A DNA stretch of 29,123 nucleotides, taken from the NCBI GenBank assembly GCA_036339465.1, contig JAYZAY010000025.1:1-29123 (forward strand). The letters are read 5' to 3'. The notes below the pieces were generated by a model. The model was given only the letters and a program-made list of their open reading frames with translations, searched no databases and had not been told where the DNA came from. The position numbers and the translations under genes are program-made. Below are positions 1 through 8,978 of this stretch, piece by piece. Source of the stretch: Myxococcota bacterium. GTDB lineage: Bacteria; Myxococcota; XYA12-FULL-58-9; JABJBS01. Numbering within the stretch: the stretch's first letter is position 1; every line of letters begins with the position of its first letter.

Positions 1-1
1 G

Positions 2-1549
2 CTTAAGCAAACCCGAGGGTTAAGTTCTCTTATGGAACTCACGTTTACGCTCGTGGTTGAAACCAGCGCCCAGTTAGCGCATTTAAATGAACTTTTGGGG
101 CACCGAGAGCTGGGGGATTTTTTACCCACCATTAAACGACCCTTGGCAGCGACCCTGGATCTACAAAACAAATTGGTGGTGATTCTCAATAAAATCAATG
201 AACTGGAGTTTTCGACCTTGGAGCCATTCGTTAAGAAAGAAACCCTTGATAAACTCAAGGAGCTACGGGTTGAGCGCCAGAAATTAGACTCACGCTTTGG
301 TAAATTACCCCAAAGTGCAGGGGCCTATGAAACGCGTCTCGATAATATGCGTAACGGACTGATGGCCTATCAGCAGGAGGTTTACCGTTTTCGTTGGGAA
401 ATCGAGCAGCAAAAAAGACAAGTCGCAGCCCTCTTGAGATTCCTGAATGAAACTCCCGAGGGGGTAAGTCCGGAACTCGAGGCAGAGGCCCACGGTCTTC
501 TTCAGCAGGAGCAACAGATTGTAGGCCAGATGGAACTAGACCAGGGCGCTCTGGAAAAACTTATCGAAGTGGAGGCCAAGCTTTTGGCGGTATCAACTTC
601 GGCGACAGCCGATGAGGAGATTCTTAAAGAGAAGTATCGAACCTTGGTGCTGAGGGAAGAGGGTTTGGTTGCGAAGCTTCGTGCCCAAGCATTAGCGCGC
701 ATGAAAGCCAACGATTCCTATAAGGAGATGGTGGGTGACCTCGGTGGCATGGCTCAAAACCGGATTCGCCTCAACGAGATTGCCGCGTCGTTATCTAAAT
801 TGCGCTACGTTCGATTGATCAACCTGTCGGCTTCGGATCTGGCCAATTACCTGGAAAATATGGTGAACATCCATCGTGATTGGATGAAGTTAGGATATGA
901 CGAGCTTTTCAGCAACGAAAGAGCCCTGAGTTATCTGAGGTCTTTGCGGTCCAATCTTAAGGCAGGTGATTACCGTACCGAGGAAGTCATGACCACGAGT
1001 CGACTCTTTATCCAAAAGCATTTCGCAGCTATGGACCTTGAGGTTGAAACCGCCAAATTAGCGCTGTTTGGCGATGAGTCTAAAGCCATGAGCGTTGTGT
1101 CCGAGTTGTGGGATAAAGTGTTGAATGTTGACGGTGTCGATGAGGCTTTGGAAATGGTTTCTATTTTGCAGAAACAAAGAACCCGTGTGAGTAAATGCAG
1201 TGTGGGACTGAAAAAATACGTCATCCACCTGCGTAGCGGCGCACGGCGTCGCATTGAAAAATGGAGAAGTCAGCTTAAACTTATGGAGAGCGCTTTCAAG
1301 GCCCACGCACAGGCTGCGGAGTACCAGGACGTATCCATACGACGGGTGGCCGGATTCGCAGCGAAACAAGTGATGGGGGATGCTCACTCTCTATTTTCGG
1401 ATTTGGTGATGCGTGGTGATGTTGGGTTGCTAGACCTCATTTGGCTACAGAAAGAACGCCAGACCGTGAACATCAATGAAGCTTTAGAGCTCCAGAAAAG
1501 TGAATTAGAACGCGTGGAGCGTCATTTTCAAGGTGTTGTTCCAAAATGA
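2..1549 (+). CDS. C-terminal part of a large coiled-coil (probably TPR-containing) protein of the Agl-Glt-like cluster; 5'-truncated by the window
   Basis: Frame is open from base 2 (LKQTRGLSSL) into the 505-aa ORF at 32. Composition is helical/heptad. C-terminal motif MRGDVGLLDLIWLQKE resembles proteins that precede gltD-like genes. The TGA stop overlaps the next ATG (ATGA, 1546-1549). Confidence 0.7.
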   Translation, partial: LKQTRGLSSLMELTFTLVVETSAQLAHLNELLGHRELGDFLPTIKRPLAATLDLQNKLVVILNKINELEFSTLEPFVKKETLDKLKELRVERQKLDSRFGKLPQSAGAYETRLDNMRNGLMAYQQEVYRFRWEIEQQKRQVAALLRFLNETPEGVSPELEAEAHGLLQQEQQIVGQMELDQGALEKLIEVEAKLLAVSTSATADEEILKEKYRTLVLREEGLVAKLRAQALARMKANDSYKEMVGDLGGMAQNRIRLNEIAASLSKLRYVRLINLSASDLANYLENMVNIHRDWMKLGYDELFSNERALSYLRSLRSNLKAGDYRTEEVMTTSRLFIQKHFAAMDLEVETAKLALFGDESKAMSVVSELWDKVLNVDGVDEALEMVSILQKQRTRVSKCSVGLKKYVIHLRSGARRRIEKWRSQLKLMESAFKAHAQAAEYQDVSIRRVAGFAAKQVMGDAHSLFSDLVMRGDVGLLDLIWLQKERQTVNINEALELQKSELERVERHFQGVVPK

Positions 1550-4500
1550 TAAGCAAAAACATCGCATTAAGCCGACCCGCCGTGCTGGATCAAGCATTCC
1601 TAGGGATTCTATTTTGTTTCTTGCTGGGATGGTCGTTTGGTGTGGCGGCTGAACCGAGAGATGGGGCCGAGGAAGTTGAGATGGGACCGGCCCATGCAGC
1701 AGAGCCCGGTGAGGGAGTGCAGGTTTTGGAAGGCGCGATCCCGCCGGCCGTGGGCGAGGGTAAGCCGGGTGACGCCAACCAAGCAGGGGAGGCGGGCAAA
1801 GAGACTGGTTTTGTTTCGCAGGCTGCTCCTCGCCTTGCTTTGGCCCCCTCATCTCAAACTGGAGATTCCGGGTCTAGTGAGGCCGCGACCGAAGCCCAAT
1901 TGGGCGGTTTGGAGTCCACTGTTCATCGTTACCAAGGGATGACCGAGTCCTTTCAGCGAGCCATCGACGAGCGAATTACGTTTAAGTACGATTCCGAAAA
2001 ATCTGAGGTACGGCAGCGCTTCAACAACAGCATTCGAGATCTGGAAGAAACACAACGCCAAGACCGGGAAGCGGCCATCCAAAGTTTCGAGAATTTCATC
2101 GATACCTACCCCGATAGCAGCCTCTATACGCCCGATGTGATGTTCCGTTTGAGTGAGCTCTATTTCGAGCGCTCCTACGATAACTATCTACTCCAGCAGG
2201 AATCCTTTGATGAGGTCTTAAACACGTGGACTCCTTCGGACGGGACCCCCGAGCCCGAAGTACCGACGGTACGCTATGAGCCGACCATTGCCATGATGCA
2301 ACGGTTGATCACAGAATATCCCACCTACCGTCTGCTCGACGGGGCCTACTACCTCTTGGGCTATTGTTTGAGTGAGCAGGGTGTTGAAGAGAGTGCCTTA
2401 GAGTCCTTTCAGCTCCTCGTAAGTACTAGCCCCGACAGTCGTTTTAGCGCTGAGGCTTGGATGCGAATCGGTGAGTATTACTTCAACGGCAGCAAACTGC
2501 AAAAAGCCCGCGACGCCTATGGCATGGTGGTAGCGCAGGAGGGTTCCGCACTTTTTGGTAAAGCTCTGTATAAGCTCGCCTGGACCCATTACCGGATGGG
2601 CGATCCGGAAACTGCTCCCCATGAGTTTACCAATTCCGTGGAAATATTTTTGAAGCTCCTGAATTTCAATTACCAGACGAAGCTGGCGGGCAAGGAGCGT
2701 GGAGGTGATTTACTTAACGAGGCGCGGCAATATATCGGGATCATTTATGCCGAGGAAAACTGGGGTGGCACCGATAAACTCATAGCGCGGCTAGAAGCAG
2801 AAGGGGACAAACCTTTTGTTCGTCCGACGGTTCAGGCCCTTGGCGATATCTATTTTGACCAAACGCGCTTTCTTGAAGCCATTAAGGTTTACGAGCTTCT
2901 TCAGCAAAGATATGACTTGCATCCCCAGGCTCCTGAGGTTCAGGAAAAAATCATTGCTGCCTACGAACGCCTTCGTGACTTTAAGAATGCAGCCGATAGC
3001 CGTCAGGCCTTGCAGGTGCGTTATTCGGAGGGTTCAGATTGGTACGCGGCCAACGCCACTGACGAAAAGGTGATCGCCTATGCCGGAGGTTTGGTGCGTA
3101 AATCCATTTTTGATGCCACCCAATTTTTCCACAACCAAGCACAGGAGTATGACGATGCTGGCGAAATTGAGCTGGCCATAGCCAACTACGAAAAAGCCGC
3201 TGCCGGCTATGGGAGCTACCTAAAACGTTTTCCTCGAGACAAGCAGCTTTACGACCTGCAGTATTACTACGCCGATGCGCTTTATTATTCGGGACAAGTG
3301 GAAAAGGCCGCTAGGGTCTTTAAAGTGGTCCGCAACGCCGACCCCAACGGAGAGTTTTTTCTGGACTCGGCCGCTGGCACCGTCTTTGGGTATGAGAAAG
3401 TCTATAAAAAGGCCATCATGGATGGGGAGCTCGGGGAGCTTGAAATTGTTACGAGTGCAGAACGCGATGCCAATATAGAACCCGTTGCCAAAGAAATTCC
3501 CCATGCCTATAGCAGCTTTATTGAGGCCGTCGACTATTTGAGGGCGGCTGGTGTGAAGGACGATAATTCCCCAGGTTTTCAGTACAAGTTGGCGCGAATC
3601 TTCCACGCCTATGACCATATTAACGAAGCCCTCGGACGGTACCGCGAAATCATCGAAAGCTATCCAGGTCACCAGGCTACCTATGAATTTTCGGTCGAAA
3701 ATATTGTCGACCTCTTGCAGGTGAACAAGAATTACGAGGGACTGGTTGATTTTACGACCGAGATGATGACGGTACCTGAGGTGGCCCAAACTCCGGCCCT
3801 TCTAGAGCGCCTAAAAAGTTACCGTACGACCTCCCAATTCATGGTCGCATCCAATTATGCTAAAGACGACAAACACGACGAAGCCGCCGAGCTCTACGTT
3901 AAATTAGTCGACGAAAACGGCAAGTTTCCCGAAGCTGATTCTGCTTTAAATAACGCAGCCGTCTCCTTTGAAAAGGGTAAGCGTTTCGAATCGGCCATGA
4001 ATATGTATCAGCGAATCGTCGATGACTATCCCAACTCCGCACGTGCGGATGCGGCCCTCTTTAGGGTGGGGGTCAATGCGACCAGCTTCTTCGACTTCGA
4101 TTCAGCGCTCCAAACCTATAAAAAGCTCATCAAGGATTACCCCAAAAGTGAGCGCCGAGCGGATGCGTTTTACAATGTGGCCTTTGCTCTAGAGCAAACC
4201 CAGCAATATGAAAAGGCCGCCAAGCAGTACCTACGCTATTGCGATGTTTTCCCCGAACGGGATGACGCTGCCGATGTCTGTTTTCGGGCCGGAATTATCT
4301 ACGAAAAGATGAAACAACCCTCACGTGTGATTTCCACCTACAAGAATTTCATCCTTAAATACCAGAAAGATGAACGCTTCAATACTCGGGTTCTAGAAGC
4401 TCATCTAAAAATAGCCCAATCCTATGAGCACCTTATGGATGAGCCCAAGGCCCGTCGCAAAGCGAAGAAAAAAGCCCGCAACAACGCCAAAGAACGCTAC

Positions 4501-5667
4501 GAAACCCTTTTGGGTAAATTTAAAGCGAAGCCCGATCCAAAAGCTGCGGCGTATGCGGCCGAGGCGGCCTTCAAATTGTTGGAGCCACGCTACGTCGCTT
4601 ATTTCGGCTTCGATTTTACCGGAAGCGATGAGGCGCAGCAGAAGGCCTTAATGAGTCAATTGGAGAATTTGAAGACCCTTAGCAAAGACTACACGTCTAT
4701 TTTGAAATACAAGCAAGTAGAGTGGATGTTGGCCTCGCTCTACCGTGCCGCCAGTCTTTACCATCGTTTAACCGAACAAATGTTCGCTTCGGAGTGTCCT
4801 CCTGAATACAAAAAACTCGCTATCGAAATGGATATTTTTCTTGAAGATCTCTGCGACGAACGGCGTATCCTATTAGAGGAAAAAGCGATTCAATTTGAGG
4901 ACGCTGCGGTCCAAGCCTATGAACAAGTCATCTTTCGGGGGCGGGAATACCAGATTGCCAATAAGTGGACCAAAGAAACTTTGATTGCCCTTAATAAGCT
5001 TCGAAGGGAAGAGTGGCCTCTCCAAAAGGATGCTCAGAAGGTTGAAAGTCTGGCATCCTATGGTGGTGGTCTCTATCTTGGGTTGGACGGTAAAGGCGTG
5101 GTTGACGCGCCCTCTCTGGAGTCCGAGAAACCCGAGAGTATCAACGAGTCGGCGGCGGCGGATCTGGAAGGCGAGGGTGTCGCCGATGTAATCCCAGAAG
5201 GGGATTTGATTGTGCCCAACGCCACAGGTCAAGCACCACCGGCTGGCAGCGATGGTGCACCTCCCGGAGCAGGCAATCAGTCGAGCCAACCCAAGGCTTT
5301 GGATGGACCAGAAAAGGACGCAGCCACAGGCGTTGTCCCCGGTGCAACCCAAGGCCCGCCATCGAACGCGCAAAACCCGGGGGGAGAACTGAATTCCGGG
5401 CAAGTCGGTCGGGGCGAGGGCGAGCCACCCGTGGTAAATTCCGAAGCAGGCTCTACCAAAAGCGTCAGTACCACCGACACGAAAGAGACTTCGGACGAAC
5501 AAACCCCTGAGGGGCAAGCTGAGGCGGGAGGTGGCACAGGGACCGCAGACCCCCTCCCCGAGGGCAAGACCGAGGAAAGTCCCGAATTGGAGCCCGGGGA
5601 AACTGAACCTGGCGCTGACACCGATGGCACCGATGCTGAGTCGGCAGGGGATTCCAATGAAGATTAA
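1546..5667 (+). CDS. Large exported tetratricopeptide-repeat protein, GltD/AgmU-like
   Basis: 1373 aa with an N-terminal signal peptide (FLGILFCFLLGWSFGVAA). Many BamD/YfiO-like TPR units, e.g. YPDSSLYTPDVMFRLSELYFE, PDSRFSAEAWMRIGEYYFN, YPNSARADAALFRVG, YPKSERRADAFYNVA. Acidic low-complexity N- and C-terminal extensions. Position upstream of gltE/F-like and motor genes. Confidence 0.85.
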   Translation: MISKNIALSRPAVLDQAFLGILFCFLLGWSFGVAAEPRDGAEEVEMGPAHAAEPGEGVQVLEGAIPPAVGEGKPGDANQAGEAGKETGFVSQAAPRLALAPSSQTGDSGSSEAATEAQLGGLESTVHRYQGMTESFQRAIDERITFKYDSEKSEVRQRFNNSIRDLEETQRQDREAAIQSFENFIDTYPDSSLYTPDVMFRLSELYFERSYDNYLLQQESFDEVLNTWTPSDGTPEPEVPTVRYEPTIAMMQRLITEYPTYRLLDGAYYLLGYCLSEQGVEESALESFQLLVSTSPDSRFSAEAWMRIGEYYFNGSKLQKARDAYGMVVAQEGSALFGKALYKLAWTHYRMGDPETAPHEFTNSVEIFLKLLNFNYQTKLAGKERGGDLLNEARQYIGIIYAEENWGGTDKLIARLEAEGDKPFVRPTVQALGDIYFDQTRFLEAIKVYELLQQRYDLHPQAPEVQEKIIAAYERLRDFKNAADSRQALQVRYSEGSDWYAANATDEKVIAYAGGLVRKSIFDATQFFHNQAQEYDDAGEIELAIANYEKAAAGYGSYLKRFPRDKQLYDLQYYYADALYYSGQVEKAARVFKVVRNADPNGEFFLDSAAGTVFGYEKVYKKAIMDGELGELEIVTSAERDANIEPVAKEIPHAYSSFIEAVDYLRAAGVKDDNSPGFQYKLARIFHAYDHINEALGRYREIIESYPGHQATYEFSVENIVDLLQVNKNYEGLVDFTTEMMTVPEVAQTPALLERLKSYRTTSQFMVASNYAKDDKHDEAAELYVKLVDENGKFPEADSALNNAAVSFEKGKRFESAMNMYQRIVDDYPNSARADAALFRVGVNATSFFDFDSALQTYKKLIKDYPKSERRADAFYNVAFALEQTQQYEKAAKQYLRYCDVFPERDDAADVCFRAGIIYEKMKQPSRVISTYKNFILKYQKDERFNTRVLEAHLKIAQSYEHLMDEPKARRKAKKKARNNAKERYETLLGKFKAKPDPKAAAYAAEAAFKLLEPRYVAYFGFDFTGSDEAQQKALMSQLENLKTLSKDYTSILKYKQVEWMLASLYRAASLYHRLTEQMFASECPPEYKKLAIEMDIFLEDLCDERRILLEEKAIQFEDAAVQAYEQVIFRGREYQIANKWTKETLIALNKLRREEWPLQKDAQKVESLASYGGGLYLGLDGKGVVDAPSLESEKPESINESAAADLEGEGVADVIPEGDLIVPNATGQAPPAGSDGAPPGAGNQSSQPKALDGPEKDAATGVVPGATQGPPSNAQNPGGELNSGQVGRGEGEPPVVNSEAGSTKSVSTTDTKETSDEQTPEGQAEAGGGTGTADPLPEGKTEESPELEPGETEPGADTDGTDAESAGDSNED

Positions 5668-7735
5668 GTTTCCCAATTTCGTCTCTCTGGGTTTTAGTTT
5701 CGCCATGGTGGCTTTCACGGCCTGCTCGGTGGGAACCGCTTCAGATCCTGTGGCCGGACCAAACGCGTCGTCAACAGCGCGCACTAAAGTCAAGGTTAAA
5801 CGGGGTAACCCACTCAAAAGTAAGGTGCTAAGCCAGTATGCCCCCTCCCCTGTCCTACCTTCTAAGGACGCGGAGTCAACCGATGCCCAGACCGAAGCTT
5901 TGGACCAAGTTTCAGCCGGCGACGAATCCCCGAAAGTCGAGGATGGTACACCTCTGACTACGGAGGAGAAAGCTGACCCCGCTGTGGCACCGCCGCCTGA
6001 CGATGAACAAGAAAAGCAATTAAGTCCAGAGGAGAAGGCTTACAATGAAAAGCTTTACGCCTCCATGCGCGATGATTCTCAAGCGGTTGTCCTCTTGGAA
6101 GCGGATTTTAATCAGAACAACACCGCCTTGAGGGCCTATAACGTGGGCGCAGCCTACGAACGCCTGGGGCAATTCGAGAAATGCCGCGAGTGGTACCACA
6201 AGGCAATTGCCCTGGAGAACAATCATCTACCCTCCCTCAGTCGTATTGGGAGTGTTCTCCAACGGGAAGGGAAAGTTGCAGAGGCCACGGCGTTTTTGGA
6301 AGCAAATTGGGACAACACGGAAGAACGTGCCTTGATCGGAAGCGAGTTGGCAATGCTTCTAGCGCGACAAGGTAAATTGGCGCGGGCCGAAAAAATCGCG
6401 CTGAGGACCTTGAGGCTCAATGAGCGCAATGCCAAGGCAATGGCGGCCCTGGGCATGGTGTATCGGAGGGAAAACAGATACGAATTGAGCGAAACGGCCC
6501 TCCGTCAGGCTGTGGAGATTGATGAATATTTGGGTGTCGCTTGGAATGAACTAGGTTTGGTAATGCTCGGCCAACAATATTTGGCGCAAGCTAGCAATGC
6601 CTTTGAAAATGCTGCTAGGGCAAATCCTGCCGATCCCGATATCCTCAATAACCTGGGTTTACTACGTACCAATTTAGGAGGATTTCGTGGTGCCATTGAG
6701 GCTCTAGAGCGCTCAGTCAAATTGGTGCCCACCTACGCTCCTTACCACCTTAATCTCGGTATTGCCCTACGGGGGGAACTTCGATTTGAGGATGCGCAAA
6801 AAGCCTATGAGAAAGCGTTGGAGCTCGATCCCGACACGAGTGAGGCGTACTATAATTTAGGTATCCTCTATATCGACAACCAAATGCCCGGCTTTGAGCC
6901 GATACCGCGTTTTCAAAAGGCACAGGAATTTCTCGCGACCTATCAAGAGAAAGTAGGAGATATATCTAAGAGTCAGCAGGCAAAACTTGACGAGTACGCC
7001 GCCTTCACGTCATCGGAAATTGAGAAAGAAGAAAAGCGGCAGGAGCGGAAGCGTAAAAGGGAAGAACGTAAAAAGAAACGCGCAGCGAAGAAAGCAGCGA
7101 AGAAAGCGGAAGAGGATGCCCGAAGAGCCGAGGAAGAAGCGGCAACGGGCAAATCGGAAGGTGACGGAGCGGCTGCGGGTGAAGATACCGTCGACGGTGC
7201 AGTCCCCACTGCTCCAGATGGGGCGACGACGGGGACACCTGCATCCATGGACGGAACCGAACCGGCCAGCACCCCGCCTGATCCCCGTGCCTCACCGCCC
7301 GATCCGCTACCCGCAGATGACTCACCGCCACCAGACGCACAGCCCCCCGGGCCTGAGCACGGCGAGGAAGGCGAAAGCATTGGAACCGAATCGGGCGATG
7401 TACCTGAGGGGCTTTCACCCAAGTCTCCTGAAGGAGAAGAGGCACCTCCTGGACCGGAAAATGAGGCCCAAGCCAATGAAGCTGGAGCAGAGAACACTTC
7501 CCAAAATAGCCAACCAACCGAAGGTGCTGAAAACGACGAAACCACCCACCGAAACGACACCGATACGGACACTCCTCGCGCTGTGGAGGATCAAAGCGAG
7601 GAAAAGGGCGGGGCTGAAGATCAACCAATGGATGAAGAAGAAAAAACCGATTCGGATTCCCCAAGCAAACCAAACGGTTCGTCTGGAGGTGAGACTGAAC
7701 ATGAATTGGAATCTGCGGAGACTACAGATGGCTAA
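5657..7735 (+). CDS. TPR lipoprotein, GltE/AglT-like
   Basis: ATG 5657 (after GGCAGGGGA, overlapping the previous stop) gives a lipoprotein signal MKIKFPNFVSLGFSFAMVAFTA-C23. Tandem TPRs (AYNVGAAYERLGQFEK, ILNNLGLLRTNLG, YHLNLGIALRGELRFEDAQKAYEKALELDPDTSEAYYNLGILY), then a Lys/Arg block and an acidic Pro-rich tail. 692 aa. Confidence 0.85.
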   Translation: MKIKFPNFVSLGFSFAMVAFTACSVGTASDPVAGPNASSTARTKVKVKRGNPLKSKVLSQYAPSPVLPSKDAESTDAQTEALDQVSAGDESPKVEDGTPLTTEEKADPAVAPPPDDEQEKQLSPEEKAYNEKLYASMRDDSQAVVLLEADFNQNNTALRAYNVGAAYERLGQFEKCREWYHKAIALENNHLPSLSRIGSVLQREGKVAEATAFLEANWDNTEERALIGSELAMLLARQGKLARAEKIALRTLRLNERNAKAMAALGMVYRRENRYELSETALRQAVEIDEYLGVAWNELGLVMLGQQYLAQASNAFENAARANPADPDILNNLGLLRTNLGGFRGAIEALERSVKLVPTYAPYHLNLGIALRGELRFEDAQKAYEKALELDPDTSEAYYNLGILYIDNQMPGFEPIPRFQKAQEFLATYQEKVGDISKSQQAKLDEYAAFTSSEIEKEEKRQERKRKREERKKKRAAKKAAKKAEEDARRAEEEAATGKSEGDGAAAGEDTVDGAVPTAPDGATTGTPASMDGTEPASTPPDPRASPPDPLPADDSPPPDAQPPGPEHGEEGESIGTESGDVPEGLSPKSPEGEEAPPGPENEAQANEAGAENTSQNSQPTEGAENDETTHRNDTDTDTPRAVEDQSEEKGGAEDQPMDEEEKTDSDSPSKPNGSSGGETEHELESAETTDG

Positions 7736-7802
7736 AATTGGTGCATTCCCCTGCGTTGATTATTATTTTCCCCAAAATCCTCACAAAAATAGGGAAATCT
7801 CA

Positions 7803-7832
7803 TTGACGTTACCAATGATTCCCAGGCAGAAT
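7803..7832 (+). promoter_or_regulatory. Putative sigma70-type internal promoter for the gltF-like/motor genes, overlapped by an inverted repeat
   Basis: TTGACG (7803-7808), 18-nt spacer, CAGAAT (7827-7832) in a 143-bp AT-rich intergenic gap. Inverted repeat TCATTG-N7-CAATGA at 7800-7818. Confidence 0.4.
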
Positions 7833-7878
7833 AACGGGCCTGGCGCGGAACGCATCAACTTAAGGGCTTAAGGAGAAG

Positions 7879-8163
7879 GTGATCGCGTATTTAATACTAA
7901 AATGGTGGAAAACACTTGCAAGTGCATTGCATGCTGCGGTTAATGTCGCCTGCCTAGTTGGAATAATAATGTCGGGAACGACTGCCCTAGCCCAGGGTAG
8001 AAAAGTCATCCGACTTGAGGCGATCAAAGTGGAGGGACGAATCCAAAAACCACAAGCGTTTTACATCCTGCAAAGGAGTCGCTTGGATTTAGGGAGTCAC
8101 TCTCGTTTAACAAGACGCTTTGTGAAAGAAATTCGAAAGACGCTGAAGCAAGATCCATTTTAA
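7879..8163 (+). CDS. Small exported protein, GltF/CglF-like
   Basis: GTG start after RBS AAGGAGAAG; signal peptide ending ALA-Q; motif KVIRLEAIKVEGRIQKPQAFYILQRS...KQDPF; located between the gltE-like gene and the motor genes. Confidence 0.75.
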   Translation: MIAYLILKWWKTLASALHAAVNVACLVGIIMSGTTALAQGRKVIRLEAIKVEGRIQKPQAFYILQRSRLDLGSHSRLTRRFVKEIRKTLKQDPF

Positions 8164-8213
8164 TTTAAACCACTGCTGGACGAAACCAGCAGGAAAGCAA
8201 GGAGGATTCTAAT

Positions 8214-8867
8214 ATGTTGGCAGGTGCTGCTAAATTTTTCGTCGACGGTGGGCCATTCATGTGGCCGATCGCATTCGTATCGGTCTTTGGTGTTGGTATC
8301 ATCGTTGAGCGAATTATATTCCTATTTTTCAAATACAACATAAACGCCAACCAATTTATGGCCCAGGTACAAAAATTGGTCATGGCCAATAACATCGACA
8401 GAGCGATTAAACTCTGTAATGCCGCGCCTTCGGCGGCCCTTCCAAGAGTGATAAAAGCCGGGTTGACTCGGGCCAACAAGGGAGAACTTGAAATTGCGAA
8501 CGCAATTGAAGAAGCCTCTCTAGAGGTGCTTCCAAACATCACCAAGCGAACCCCTTCGTTGCAAAGTGTGGCCAATATCGCAACTCTGCTCGGACTTCTC
8601 GGAACCATCATGGGTTTGATTGAAGCCTTTGACGCCGTTGCGAAAGCTCCGCCAGACAAGAAAACGGAAATGCTAACCGCTGCGATCGCCATCGCGATGA
8701 ACACCACAGCCTTTGGGTTGATGGTGGCTATTCCGATCCTGTGTGTGTACATCTTCTTGAACAATACCGTGAAACGATTGATCGATGAAATCGACCAATA
8801 CTCAGTGAAGCTCCAAAACCTACTGGTTTCCAGGGGTAAGGGGGCTCAGAGTCCATTAGACCGATAA
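8214..8867 (+). CDS. MotA/TolQ/ExbB proton channel family protein (AglR-like)
   Basis: RBS AAGGAGG; GGPFMWPI...IIVER first TM; ATLLGLLGTIMGLIEAF and AMNTTAFGLMVAIP signature helices; 217 aa. Confidence 0.95.
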   Translation: MLAGAAKFFVDGGPFMWPIAFVSVFGVGIIVERIIFLFFKYNINANQFMAQVQKLVMANNIDRAIKLCNAAPSAALPRVIKAGLTRANKGELEIANAIEEASLEVLPNITKRTPSLQSVANIATLLGLLGTIMGLIEAFDAVAKAPPDKKTEMLTAAIAIAMNTTAFGLMVAIPILCVYIFLNNTVKRLIDEIDQYSVKLQNLLVSRGKGAQSPLDR

Positions 8868-8877
8868 GTAGCTCAAA

Positions 8878-8915
8878 GCGCCACCGGCACCCGGTCCTCC
8901 GGGTGCCGGTGGCGC
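8878..8915. repeat. Perfect 17-bp GC-rich inverted repeat (intra-operon stem-loop, no U-tract)
   Basis: GCGCCACCGGCACCCGG-TCCT-CCGGGTGCCGGTGGCGC; the stem can extend through TAGCTC/GGGCTA with one G-U pair. It starts 10 nt after the ExbB-type stop. Confidence 0.9.
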
Positions 8916-8978
8916 CGGGCTATTCTCCAACAAGAAACTGAGAACGAAGTAACCAACACAATAGTTGAGGGGCCGAAA

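Noticed and set aside
5531..5656. Upstream start for the GltE-like gene given by the ORF track
   Set aside because: It lies inside the gltD-like gene; ATG 5657 yields a canonical lipoprotein signal and translational coupling.
6973..7871. Several long alternative-frame ORFs (6987-7871 +, 6973-7572 -, 7005-7673 -) over the GltE-like tail
   Set aside because: Low-complexity GAA/CCG-rich coding sequence lacks stops in other frames; the translations have no recognisable features or RBS.
8165..8764. 199-aa antisense ORF opposite the ExbB-type gene, and similar shadows at 4873-5817, 3220-3789 and 10834-11469
   Set aside because: They lie entirely opposite well-supported genes and are typical antisense shadows.
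8878..8915. Hairpin as an intrinsic terminator, CRISPR repeat or IS end
   Set aside because: No U-tract on either side, single copy in the window, and no spacers, cas genes or transposase.
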